From contig OZ024744.1 of NCBI GenBank assembly GCA_964016885.1, positions 27,714,001-27,778,000 of the forward strand: a DNA stretch of 64,000 bases, in the 5' to 3' direction. Under the pieces are notes generated by a model. That model did not search any database. It saw only the letters and a list, made by a program, of their open reading frames with translations, and had not been told where the DNA came from. Below are positions 28,001 through 41,725 of this stretch, piece by piece. The DNA is from Eledone cirrhosa (taxonomy: Eukaryota). The position numbers were made by a program, and so were the translations under genes. Positions within the stretch are counted from its first letter, which is position 1. Every line of letters begins with the position of its first letter.

Positions 28001-31000
28001 GTTATAACTGTTATTGTCATTGTTGTTGTTGTTGTCGCTGTTATCACTTTTATTGTCACTGTTGTTGTTGTCGCTGGTATAACTGTTATTGTCACTGTTG
28101 TTTTTGTTGTTGTCGCTGTTATCACTGTTATTGTCACTGTTGTTGTTGTCGCTGTTATAACTGTTATTGTCACTGTTGTTGTTGTCACTGTTATCACTCT
28201 TATTGTCCCTGTTGTTGTTGTTCACGCTGTTATCACTGTTATTGTCATTGTTGTTGTTGTCGCTTTTATCACTGTTATTGTCACTGTTGCTGTTGTTGTC
28301 ACTGTTATAAATGTTATTGTCACTGTTGTCGTTGTTGTCGCTGTTATCACTGTTATTGTCACTGTTGTTGTTGTTGTTGTCGCTGTCATAACTGTTCTTT
28401 TCACTGTTGTTGTTGTTGTTCTCGCTGTTATCACTGTTATTGTCACTGTTGTTGTCACTGTTATCACTGTTATTGTCACTGTTGTTATTGTTGTTGTTGC
28501 TGTTATCACTGTTATTGTCACTGTTGTAGTTGTTGTCGCTGTTATAACTGTTATTGTCACTGTTGTTGTTGTTGCTGTCGCTGTAATTACTGTCATTGTC
28601 ATTGTTGTTGTTGTGGCTGTTATCACTGTTATTGTCACTGTTATTGTCACTGTTTTTGTCGCTGTTATCACTCTTATTTTCATTGTTGTTGTTGTTCTCT
28701 CTGTTATCACTGTTATTGTCACTGTTGTTGTTGTTCTCGCTGTTATAACTGTTATTGTGTCTGTTGTTGTTGTCGCTGTTATAACTGTTATTGTCATTGT
28801 TGTGGTTGTTGTCGCTGTTATCACTGTTATTAACATTGTTGTTGTTGTTGTTCTCGCTGTTATCACTGTTATCGTCACTGTTGTTGTTGTCGCTGTTATA
28901 ACTGTTATTGTCACTGTTGTTGTTGTCGCTGTTATCACTGTTATTGTCACTGTTGTTGTTGTCGCTGTTATCACTGTTATTGTCACTGTTGTTGTCGCTG
29001 TTATCACTGTTATTGTCACTGTTGCTGTTATTGTCGCTGTTATCACTGCTATTGTCATTGTTGTTGTTGTTGTCGCTGTTATCACTCTGATTGTCATTGT
29101 TGTTGTTGTTGTTGTTCTCGCTGTTATCACCGTTATTGTCACTGTTGTTGTCGCTGTTATCACTGTTATTGTCACTGTTGTTGTTGCTGTCGTTGTTATC
29201 ACTGTTATTGTCATTGCTGCTATTGTACTCGCTGTTATCACTGTTATTGTTGTTGTTGTAGTGGCTGTTATCACTGTTATTGTCACTGTTGTTGTCGCTG
29301 TTATCACTGTTATTTTCATTGTTGTTGTTGTTGTTCTCTGTTATCACTGTTATTGTCATTGTTGTTGTTGTTGTCGCTGTTGTCACTGTTATTAACACTG
29401 TTGTTGTTGTTGTTCTCGCTGTTATCACTGTTATTGTCACTGTTGTTGTTGTCGCTGTTATAACTGTTATTGTCACTGTTGTTGTTGCTGTTGTCGCTGT
29501 CATAACTCTTATTGTCACTGTTGTTGTTGTTGTCGTTGTTATCACTGTTATTGTCATTATTGTTGTTCTCGCTGTTATCAATGGTATTGACACTGTTGTT
29601 GTTGTTGTCGCTGTTATAACTGTTATTGTCTCTGTTGATGTTGTTGTTGTCGCTGTTATAACTGTTATTGTCACTGTTGTTGTTGTCGCTGTTATAACTC
29701 TTATTGTCACTGTTGTTGTTGTTATCATCGTTGTTATCACTGTTATTGTCATTATTGTTGTTGTCGCTGTTATCACTGTTATTGTCATTGTTGTTGTTGT
29801 TGTCGCTGTTATCACTGTTATTGTCCCTGTTGTTGTTGTCGCTGTTATAACTGTTATTGTCACTATTGCTTTTGTTGTTGTCGCTCTTATCACTCTTATT
29901 GTCATTGTTGTTGTTGTTCTCGCTGCTATCCCTGTTATTGTCATTGTTGTTGTTGTTGTACTCGCTGTTATCACTGTTATTGTCATTGTTGTTGTTGTTG
30001 TCGCTGTTATCACTGTTATTTTCATTGTTTTTGTTGTTGTTCTCGCATTTATCACTGTTATTGTCAGTGTTGTTGTTGTTGTCACTGTTATAAATGTTAT
30101 TGTCACTGTTGTCGTTGTTGTCGCTGTTATCACTGTTATTGTCACTGTTGTTGTTGTTGTTGTCGCTGTCATAACTGTTCTTTTCACTGTTGTTGTTGTT
30201 GTTGTCGCTGTTATAACTGTTATTGTCACTGTTGTTGTCGCTGTTATAACTCTTATTGTCACTGTTGTTGTTGTTGTTGTCGCTGTTATAACTGTTATTG
30301 TCACTGTTATTGTCACTGTTATTGTCACTGTTGTTGTTGTTGTTGTCGCTGTTATAACTCTTATTGTCACTGTTGTTGTTGTTGTTGTTGTTGTCGTTGT
30401 TATCACTGTTATTGTCATTATTGTTATGGTCGCTGTTATCACTGTTATTGTCATTGTTGTTGTTGTTGTTGTTGTTGTTGTCGCTGTTATCACTGTTATT
30501 GTCACTGTTGTTGTTGTTGTCGCTTCTATAACTGTTATTGTCACTATTGCTGTTGTTGTTGTCGCTGTTATCACTCTTATTGTCATTGTTGTTGTCGCTG
30601 TTATCACTGTTATTGTCACTGTTGTTGTTCTCGCTGTTATAACTGTTATTCTCACTGTTGTTGTTCTGGCTGTTATCACTGGTATTGACACTGTTGTTGT
30701 TTTTATTGTCGCTGTTAGAACTGTTATTGTCACTGTTGTTATTGTTGTTGTCGCTGTTATAACTGTTATTGTCACTGTTGTTGTTGTTCTCGCTGTTATC
30801 ACTGTTATTGTCATTGTTGTTGTTGTCGCTGTTATCACTGTTATTGTCGTTGTTGTTGTTGTCGCTGTTTACACTGTTATTGTCATTGTTGTTGTTGTTG
30901 TGTTCGCTGTTATAACTGTTATTGTCATTGTTGTTGTTGTTGTTGTTGTCGCTGTTATCACTGTTATTTTCACTGTTGTTGTTGTCGCTGATATAACTGT

Positions 31001-31267
31001 TATTGTCACTGTTGTTTTTGGTGTTGTCGCTGTTATCACTGTTATTGTCACTGTTGTTGTTGTCGCTGTTATAACTGTTATTGTCACTGTTGTTGTTGTT
31101 GTCACTGTTATCACTGTAATTGTCACTGTTGTTGTTGTTCCCGCTGTTATCACTGTTATTGTCATTGTTGTTGTCGCTGTTATCACTGTTATTGTCACTG
31201 TTGCTGTTGTTGTCGTTGTTATCTCTGTTATTGTCATTGTTGTTGTCGCTGTTATAACTGTTATTGT

Positions 31268-31299
<32 letters not shown>

Positions 31300-32229
31300 C
31301 TCTTATAACTGTTACTGTCATTGTTGTTGTTGTTGTCGCTGGTATCACTGTTATTTTCATTGTTGTTGTTGTCGCTGTTATCACTGTTATTGTCACTGTT
31401 GTTGTTGTTGTTGTCGCTGTTATCACAGTTATTGTCACTATTGTTGTTGTTGTCACTGTTATAAATGTTATTGTCACTGTTGTCGTTGTTGTCGCTGTTA
31501 TCACTGTTATTGTCACTGTTGTTGTTGTTGTTGTCGCTGTCATAACTGTTCTTTTCACTGTTGTTGTTGTTGTTCTCGCTGTTATCACTGTTATTGTCAC
31601 TGTTGTTGTCGCTGTTATCACTGTTATTGTCACTGTTGTTCTTGTTGTTGTTGCTGTTATCACTGTTATTGTCACTGTTGTAGTTGTTGTCGCTGTTATA
31701 ACTGTTATTTTAACTGTTGTTGTTGTTGTTCTCGCTGTTATCACTGTTATTGTCACTGTTGTTGTCGCTGTTATCACTGTTATTTTCAATGTTGTTGTTG
31801 TTCTTCTCTCTGTTATCACTGTTATTGTCACTGTTATTGTCACTGTTGTTGTTGTTCTCGCTGTTATAACTGTTATTGTGACTGTTGTTGTTGTCGCTGT
31901 TATAACTGTTATTGTCATTGTTGTTGTTGTTGTCGCTGTTATCACTGTTATTAACACTGTTGTTGTTGTTGTTCTCGCTGTTATCACTGTTATTGTCACT
32001 GTTGTTGTTGTTGTCGCTGTTATAACTGTTATTGTCACTGTTGTCGTTGCTGTTGTCGCTGTCATAACTCTTATTGTCACTGTTGTTGTTGTCGTTGTTA
32101 TCACTGTTATTGTCATTAATGTTGTTCTCGCTGTTATCACTGGTATTGACACTGTTGTTGTTGTTGTTGTCGCTGTTATAACTGTTATTGTCATTGTAGT
32201 TGTTGTTGTCGCTGTTATAACTGTTATTG

Positions 32230-35200
32230 TCACTGTTGTTGTTGTTGCTGTCGGTGTTATAACTGTTATTAGTTACTGTTGTTGTTGTTGTTGTTCTCGC
32301 TGTTACCACTGTTATTGTCAATGTTGTTGTTGTTGTCGCTGTTATAACTGTTATTGTCACTGTTATTGTTGTCGCTGTTATAACTCTTATTGTCAATGTT
32401 GTTGTTGTTGTCGTTGTTATCACTGTTATTGTCATTATTGTTATTGTCGCTGTTATCACTGTTATTGTCATTGCTGTTGTTGTTGTTGTCGCTGTTATCA
32501 CTGTTATTGTCACTGTTGTTGTTGTCGCTTCTATAACTGTTATTGTCACTATTGCTGTTGTTGTTGTCGCTGTTATCACTCTTATTGTCATTGTTGTTGT
32601 CGCTGTTATCACTGTTATTGTCACTGTTGTTGTTCTCGCTGTTATAACTGTTATTCTCACTGTTGTTGTTCTGGCTGTTATCACTGGTATTGACACTGTT
32701 GTTGTTTTTATTGTCGCTGTTAGAACTGTTATTGTCACTGTTGTTATTGCTGTTGTCGCTGTTATAACTGTTATTGTCACTTTTGTTGTTGTTGTTCTTG
32801 CTGTTATCACTGTTATTGTCATTGTTGTTGTTGTCGCTGTTATCACTGTTATTGTCATTGTTGTTGTTGTCGCTGTTCTCACTGTTATTGTCACTGTTGT
32901 TGTTCTTCTCGCTGTTATCACTGTTATTGTCACTGTTGTTGTTCTTCTCGCTGTTATCACTGTTATTGTCATTGTTGTTGTTGTTGTGTTCGCTGTTATA
33001 ACTGTTATTGTCATTGTTGTTGTTGTTGTTGTTGTCGCTGTTATCACTGTTATTGTCACTGTTGTTGTTGTCGCTGGTATAACTGTTATTGTCACTGTTG
33101 TTTTTGTTGTTGTCGCTGTTATCATTGTTATTGTCACTGTTGTTGTTGTCGCTGTTATAACTGTTATTGTCACTGTTGTTGTTGTTGTCACTGTTATCAC
33201 TGTTATTGTCACTGTTGTTGTTGTTCCCGCTGTTATCACTGTTATTGTCATTGTTGTTGTTGTCGCTATTATCACTGTTATTGTCACTGTTGCTGTTGTT
33301 GTCGCTGTTATCTCTGTTATTGTCATTGTTGTTGTCGATGTTATAACTGTTACTGTCATTGTTGTTGTTGTTGTTGCTGTTATCACTGTTATTGTCACTG
33401 TTGTTGTTGTTGTTGTTGTTGTTGTCGCTGTTATCACTGTTATTGTCACTGTTGTTGTTGTTGTCACTGTTATAAATGTTATTGTCACTGTTGTCGTTGT
33501 TGTCGCTGTTATCACTGTTATTGTCACTGTTGTTGTTGTTGTTGTCGCTGTCATAACTGTTCTTTTCACTGTTGTTGTTGTTGTTGTTGTTCTCGCTGTT
33601 ATCACTGTTATTGTCACTGTTGTTGTCGCTGTTATCACTGTTATTGTCACTGTTGTTATTGTTGTTGTTGCTGTTATCACTGTTATTGTCACTGTTGTAG
33701 TTGTTGTCGCTGTTATAACTGTTATTGTCACTGTAGTTGTTGTTGTTGCTGTCGCTGTTATCACTGTTATTGTCATAGTGGTTGTTGTGGCTGTTATCAC
33801 TGTTATTGTCACTGTTGTTGTCGCTGTTATTACTGTTATTTTCATTGTTGTTGTTGTTGTTGTTCTCTCTGTTATCACTGGTATTGTCACTGTTGTTGTT
33901 GTTCTCGCTGTTATAACTGTTATTGTGACTGTTGTTGTTGTCGCTGTTATAACTGTTATTGTCATTGTTGTTGTTGTTGTCGCTGTTATCACTGTTATTA
34001 ACACTGTTGTTGTTGTTGTTCTCGCTGTTATCACTGTTATTGTCACTGTTGTTGTTGTTGTCGCTGTTATAACTGTTATTGTCACTGTTGTTGTTGCTGT
34101 TGTCGCTGTCATAACTCTTATTGTCACTGTTGTTGTTGTCGTTGTTATCACTGTTATTGTCATTATTGTTGTTCTCGCTGTTATCACTGGTATTGACACT
34201 GTTGTTGTTGTTGTCGCTGTTATAACTGTTATTGTCTCTGTTGATGTTGTTGTCGCTGTTATAATTGTTATTGTCACTGTTGTTGTTGTCGCTATTATAA
34301 CTCTTATTGTCACTGTTGTTGTTGTTGTCGTTGTTATCACTGTTATTGTCATTATTGTTGTTGTCGCTGTTATTACTGTTATTGTCATTGTTGTTGTTGT
34401 TGTCGCTGTTATCACTGTTATTGTCGCTGTTATAACTGTTATTGTCACTATTGCTTTTGTTGTCGCTCTTATCACTCTTATTGTCATTGTTATTGTTGTT
34501 CTCGCTGCTATCCCTTTTATTGTCATTGTTGTTGTTGTTGTACTCGCTGTTATCACTGTTATTGTCATTGTTGTTGTTGTTGTCGCTGTTATCACTGTTA
34601 TTGTCACTGTTTTTGTTGTTGTCGCTATTATCACTGTTATTGTCACTGTTGTTTTTGTTTTTGTCGCTGTTATCACTGTTATTTTCATTGTTTTTTTGTT
34701 GTTCTCGCATTTATCACTGTTATTGTCAGTGTTGTTTTTGTTGTTCTCGCTGTTATCACTGTTGTCGTCACTGTTGATGTTGTTGTCGCTGTTATAATTG
34801 TTATTGTGACTGTTGTTGTTGTTGTTGTTGTCGCTGTTATAACTGTTATTGTCATTGTTGTTGTTGTCGCTGTTATCACTGTTATTGACACTGTTGTTGC
34901 TGTTGTTCTCGCTGTTATCACTGTTATTGTCACTGTTGATTTTGTTTCTCTCGCTGTTACCACTGTTATTGTCAATGTTCTTGTTGTTGTCGCTGTTATA
35001 ACTGTTATTGTCACTGTTGTTGTTGTTGTTGTCGCTGTTATAACTCTTATTGTCACTGTTGTTGTTGTTGTTGTCGTTGTTATCACTGTTATTGTCATTA
35101 TTGTTATTGTCGCTGATATCACTGTTATTGTCAATGTTGTTGTTGTTGTCGCTGTTATCGCTTTTATTGTCACTGTTTTTGTTGTTGTCGCTTCTATAAC

Positions 35201-38200
35201 TGTTATTTTCACTATTGCTGTTGTTGTCGCTGTTATCACTGTTATTGTCACTGTTGTTGTTCTCGCTGTTATAACTGTTATTCTCACTGTTGTTGTTGTT
35301 GCTGTCGGTGTTATAACTGTTATTAGTTACTGTTGTTGTTGTTGTTGTTCTCGCTGTTACCACTGTTATTGTCAATGTTGTTGTTGTTGTCGCTGTTATA
35401 ACTGTTATTGTCACTGTTATTGTTGTCGCTGTTATAACTCTTATTGTCAATGTTGTTGTTGTTGTCGTTGTTATCACTGTTATTGTCATTATTGTTATTG
35501 TCGCTGTTATCACTGTTATTGTCATTGCTGTTGTTGTTGTTGTCGCTGTTATCACTGTTATTGTCACTGTTGTTGTTGTCGCTTCTATAACTGTTATTGT
35601 CACTATTGCTGTTGTTGTTGTCGCTGTTATCACTCTTATTGTCATTGTTGTTGTCGCTGTTATCACTGTTATTGTCACTGTTGTTGTTCTCGCTGTTATA
35701 ACTGTTATTCTCACTGTTGTTGTTCTGGCTGTTATCACTGGTATTGACACTGTTGTTGTTTTTATTGTCGCTGTTAGAACTGTTATTGTCACTGTTGTTA
35801 TTGCTGTTGTCGCTGTTATAACTGTTATTGTCACTTTTGTTGTTGTTGTTCTTGCTGTTATCACTGTTATTGTCATTGTTGTTGTTGTCGCTGTTATCAC
35901 TGTTATTGTCATTGTTGTTGTTGTCGCTGTTCTCACTGTTATTGTCACTGTTGTTGTTCTTCTCGCTGTTATCACTGTTATTGTCACTGTTGTTGTTCTT
36001 CTCGCTGTTATCACTGTTATTGTCATTGTTGTTGTTGTTGTGTTCGCTGTTATAACTGTTATTGTCATTGTTGTTGTTGTTGTTGTTGTCGCTGTTATCA
36101 CTGTTATTGTCACTGTTGTTGTTGTCGCTGGTATAACTGTTATTGTCACTGTTGTTTTTGTTGTTGTCGCTGTTATCATTGTTATTGTCACTGTTGTTGT
36201 TGTCGCTGTTATAACTGTTATTGTCACTGTTGTTGTTGTTGTCACTGTTATCACTGTTATTGTCACTGTTGTTGTTGTTCCCGCTGTTATCACTGTTATT
36301 GTCATTGTTGTTGTTGTCGCTATTATCACTGTTATTGTCACTGTTGCTGTTGTTGTCGCTGTTATCTCTGTTATTGTCATTGTTGTTGTCGATGTTATAA
36401 CTGTTACTGTCATTGTTGTTGTTGTTGTTGCTGTTATCACTGTTATTGTCACTGTTGTTGTTGTTGTTGTTGTTGTTGTCGCTGTTATCACTGTTATTGT
36501 CACTGTTGTTGTTGTTGTCACTGTTATAAATGTTATTGTCACTGTTGTCGTTGTTGTCGCTGTTATCACTGTTATTGTCACTGTTGTTGTTGTTGTTGTC
36601 GCTGTCATAACTGTTCTTTTCACTGTTGTTGTTGTTGTTGTTGTTCTCGCTGTTATCACTGTTATTGTCACTGTTGTTGTCGCTGTTATCACTGTTATTG
36701 TCACTGTTGTTATTGTTGTTGTTGCTGTTATCACTGTTATTGTCACTGTTGTAGTTGTTGTCGCTGTTATAACTGTTATTGTCACTGTTGTTGTTGTTGT
36801 TGCTGTCGCTGTTATCACTGTTATTGTCATAGTGGTTGTTGTGGCTGTTATCACTGTTATTGTCACTGTTGTTGTCGCTGTTATTACTGTTATTTTCATT
36901 GTTGTTGTTGTTGTTGTTCTCTCTGTTATCACTGGTATTGTCACTGTTGTTGTTGTTCTCGCTGTTATAACTGTTATTGTGACTGTTGTTGTTGTCGCTG
37001 TTATAACTGTTATTGTCATTGTTGTTGTTGTTGTCGCTGTTATCACTGTTATTAACACTGTTGTTGTTGTTGTTCTCGCTGTTATCACTGTTATTGTCAC
37101 TGTTGTTGTTGTTGTCGCTGTTATAACTGTTATTGTCACTGTTGTTGTTGCTGTTGTCGCTGTCATAACTCTTATTGTCACTGTTGTTGTTGTCGTTGTT
37201 ATCACTGTTATTGTCATTATTGTTGTTCTCGCTGTTATCACTGGTATTGACACTGTTGTTGTTGTTGTCGCTGTTATAACTGTTATTGTCTCTGTTGATG
37301 TTGTTGTCGCTGTTATAATTGTTATTGTCACTGTTGTTGTTGTCGCTATTATAACTCTTATTGTCACTGTTGTTGTTGTTGTCGTTGTTATCACTGTTAT
37401 TGTCATTATTGTTGTTGTCGCTGTTATTACTGTTATTGTCATTGTTGTTGTTGTTGTCGCTGTTATCACTGTTATTGTCGCTGTTATAACTGTTATTGTC
37501 ACTATTGCTTTTGTTGTCGCTCTTATCACTCTTATTGTCATTGTTATTGTTGTTCTCGCTGCTATCCCTTTTATTGTCATTGTTGTTGTTGTTGTACTCG
37601 CTGTTATCACTGTTATTGTCATTGTTGTTGTTGTTGTCGCTGTTATCACTGTTATTGTCACTGTTTTTGTTGTTGTCGCTATTATCACTGTTATTGTCAC
37701 TGTTGTTTTTGTTTTTGTCGCTGTTATCACTGTTATTTTCATTGTTTTTTTGTTGTTCTCGCATTTATCACTGTTATTGTCAGTGTTGTTTTTGTTGTTC
37801 TCGCTGTTATCACTGTTGTCGTCACTGTTGATGTTGTTGTCGCTGTTATAATTGTTATTGTGACTGTTGTTGTTGTTGTTGTTGTCGCTGTTATAACTGT
37901 TATTGTCATTGTTGTTGTTGTCGCTGTTATCACTGTTATTGACACTGTTGTTGCTGTTGTTCTCGCTGTTATCACTGTTATTGTCACTGTTGATTTTGTT
38001 TCTCTCGCTGTTACCACTGTTATTGTCAATGTTCTTGTTGTTGTCGCTGTTATAACTGTTATTGTCACTGTTGTTGTTGTTGTTGTCGCTGTTATAACTC
38101 TTATTGTCACTGTTGTTGTTGTTGTTGTCGTTGTTATCACTGTTATTGTCATTATTGTTATTGTCGCTGATATCACTGTTATTGTCAATGTTGTTGTTGT

Positions 38201-38354
38201 TGTCGCTGTTATCGCTTTTATTGTCACTGTTTTTGTTGTTGTCGCTTCTATAACTGTTATTTTCACTATTGCTGTTGTTGTCGCTGTTATCACTGTTATT
38301 GTCACTGTTGTTGTTCTCGCTGTTATAACTGTTATTCTCACTGTTGTTGTTGTT
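32230..38354. repeat. Near-perfect 3054-bp tandem duplication (32230-35283 / 35284-38337)
   Basis: ORF pairs 32269/35323, 32774/35828, 32986/36040 and 34442/37496 are all offset by 3054 bp. The 813-aa translations differ at one residue I could see (GTA vs GTT at ~33735/36789). Confidence 0.96.
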
Positions 38355-41300
38355 CTCGCTGTTATCACTGGTATTGACACTGTTGTTGTTTTTATTGTCG
38401 CTGTTATAACTGTTATTGTCACTGTTGTTATTGTTGTTGTTGCTGTTATAACTGTTATTGTCACTGTTGTTGTTGTTCTCGCTGTTATCACTGTTATTGT
38501 CATTGTTGTTGTTGTCGCTGTTATCACTGTTATTGTCAGTGTTGTTGTTGTCGCTGTTATCACTGTTATTGTCACTGTTGTTGTTGTTCTCGCTGTTATC
38601 ACTGTTATTGTCACTGTTGCTGTTCTTCTCGCTGTTATAACTGTTATTGTCATTGTTGTTGTTGTTGGTGTTGTCGCTGTTATCACTGTTATTGTCACTG
38701 TTTGTTGGTGTCGCTGGTATAACTGTTATTGTCACTGTTGTTTTTGTTGTTGTCGCTGTTATCACTGTTGTTGTCAATGTTGTTGTTGTCGCTGTTATAA
38801 CTGTTATTGTCATTGTTGTTGTTGTCACTGTTATCACTGTTATTGTCACTGTTGTTGTTCTCGCTGTTATCACTGTTATTGTCATTGTTGTTGTTGTCAC
38901 TGTTGCTGTTGTTGTCGCTGTTATCTCTGTTATTGTCATTGTTGTTGTCGCTGTTATAACTGTTATTGTCACTGTTGTTGTTGTTGCTGTCGCTGTTATC
39001 ACTGTTATTGTCATTGTTGCTGTTGTACTCGCTGTTATCACTGTTATTGTTGTTGTTGTTGTGGCTGTTATCACTGTTATTGTCACTGTTGTTGTCGCTG
39101 TTATCACTGTTATTTTCATTGTTGTTGTTGTTGTTCTCTCTGTTATCACTGTTGTTGTCACTGTTATTGTCACTGTTGTTGTTGTTCTCGCTGTAATAAC
39201 TGTTATTGTGACTGTTGTTGTTGTCGCTGTTATAACTGTTATTGTCATTGTTGTTGTTGTTGTCGCTGTTATCACTGTTATTAACACTGTTGTTGTTGTT
39301 CTCGCTGTTATCACTGTTAGTGTCACTGTTGTTGTTGTCGCTGTTATCACTGTTATTGTCACTGTTGTTGTTGCTGTTGTCGCTGTCATAACTCTTATTG
39401 TCACTGTTGTTGTTGTTGTTGTCGTTGTTATCACTGTTATTGTCATTATTGTTGTTCTCGCTGTTATCACTGGTATTGAAACTGTTGTTGTTGTTGTTGT
39501 TGTTGTCGCTGTTATAACTGTTATTATCTCTGTTGATGTTGTTGTTGTCGCTGTTATAACTGTTATTGTCACTGTTGTTGTTGTCGCTGTTATAACTCTT
39601 ATTGTCCCTGTTGTTGTTGTCGCTGTTATAACTGTTATTGTCACTATTGCTTTTGTTGTTGTCGCTCTTATCACTCTTATTGTCATTGTTGTTGTTGTTC
39701 TCGCAGCTATCCCTGTTATTGTCATTGTTGTTGTTGTTGTACTCGCTGTTATCACTGTTATTGTCATTGTTGTTGTTGTTGTCGCTGTTATCACTGTTAT
39801 TGTCATTGTTGTTGTTGTTGTCGCTATTATCAATGTTATTGTCACTGTTGTTTTTGTTGTTGTCGCTGTTATCACTGTTATTTTCATTGTTTTTTTTGTT
39901 GTTCTCGCATTTATCACTGTTATTGTCAGTGTTGTTGTTGTTGTTCTCGCTGTTATCACTGTTGTCGTCACTGTTGTTGTTGTTGTCGCTGTTATAACTG
40001 TTATTGTGACTGTTGTTTTTGTTGTTGTCGCTGTTATAACTGTTATTGTCATTGTTGTTGTTGTCGCTGTTATCACTGTTATTGACACTGTTGTTGCTGT
40101 TGTTCTCGCTGTTATCACTGTTATTGTCACTGTTGTTGTTGTTGCTCTCGCTGTTACCACTGTTATTGTCAATGTTGTTGTTGTTGTCGCTGTTATAACT
40201 GTTATTGTCACTGTTGTTGTTGTTGTTGTCGCTGTTATAACTCTTATTGTCATTATTGTTATTGTCGCTGATATCACTGTTATTGTCATTGTTGTTGTTG
40301 TTGTCGCTGTTATCGCTTTTATTGTCACTGTTTTTGTTGTTGTCGCTTCTATAACTGTTATTTTCACTATTGCTGTTGTTGTCGCTGTTATCACTGTTAT
40401 TGTCACTGTTGTTGTTCTCGCTGTTATAACTGTTATTCTCACTGTTGTTGTTGTTCTCGCTGTTATCACTGGTATTGACACTGTTGTTGTTTTTATTGTC
40501 GCTGTTATAACTGTTATTGTCACTGTTGTTATTGTTGTTGTCGCTGTTATAACTGTTATTGTCACTGTTGTTGTTGTTGTTCTCGCTGTTATCACTGTTA
40601 TTGTCATTGTTGTTCTTGTCGCTGTTATCACTGTTATTGTCATTGTTGTTGTTGTCGCTGTTATCACTGTTATTGTCACTGTTGTTGTTGTTCTCGCTGT
40701 TATCACTGTTATTGTCACTGTTGCTGTTCTTCTCGCTGTTATAACTGTTATTGTCATTGTTGTTGTTGTTGTTGTTGTCGCTGTTATCACTGTTATTGTC
40801 ACTGTTTGTTGGTGTCGCTGGTATAACTGTTATTGTCACTGTTGTTTTTGTTGTTATCGCTGTTATCACTGTTATTGTCAATGTTGTTGTTGTCGTTGTT
40901 ATAACTGTTATTGTCATTGTTGTTGTTGTCACTGTTATCACTGTTATTGTCACTGTTGTTGTTCTCGCTGTTATCACTGTTATTGTCATTGTTGTTGTTG
41001 TCGCTGTTATCACTGTTATTGTCACTGTTGCTGTTGCTGTCGCTGTTATCTCTGTTATTGTCATTGTTGTAGTCGCTGTTATAACTGTTATTGTCACTGT
41101 TGTCGTTGTTGCTGTCGCTGTTATCACTGTTATTGTCATTGTTGCTGTTGTACTCGCTGTTATCACTGTTATTGTTGTTGTTGTTGTGGCTGTTATCACT
41201 GTTATTGTCACTGTTGTTGTCGCTGTTATCACTGTTATTTTCATTGTTGTTGTTGTTGTTCTCTCTGTTATCACTGTTGTTGTCACTGTTATTGTCACTG

Positions 41301-41725
41301 TTGTTGTTCTCGCTGTAATAACTGTTATTGTGACTGTTGTTGTTGTCGCTGTTATAACTGTTATTGTCATTGTTGTTGTTGTTGTCGCTGTTATCACTGT
41401 TATTAACACTGTTGTTGTTGTTGTTCTCGCTGTTATCACTGTTAGTGTCACTGTTGTTGTTGTCGCTGTTATCACTGTTATTGTCACTGTTGTTGTTGCT
41501 GTTGTCGCTGTCATAACTCTTATTGTCACTGTTGTTGTTGTTGTTGTCGTTGTTATCACTGTTATTGTCATTATTGTTGTTCTCGCTGTTATCACTGGTA
41601 TTGAAACTGTTGTTGTTGTTGTTGTTGTCGCTGTTATAACTGTTATTATCTCTGTTGATGTTGTTGTTGTCGCTGTTATAACTGTTATTGTCACTGTTGT
41701 TGTTGTCGCTGTTATAACTCTTATT
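37900..41725. repeat. ~2.1-kb-period diverged duplication (~37.9-39.6 kb / ~40.0-41.7 kb)
   Basis: GATATC at 38169/40270 and GTTTGTTGGT at 38700/40804. The GTAATA...GTGACT, GTTAGT and GAAACT markers recur in the same order at offsets of about 2101-2140 bp. Confidence 0.85.

Noticed and set aside
31710-40802. Giant minus-strand Thr-rich/Asn-rich ORFs (up to 3030 aa) as mucin or adhesin genes
   Set aside because: They have no unique domain, signal peptide or terminus, and equally long ORFs overlap them in other frames. They start and end at repeat variants and switch composition at duplicated indels.
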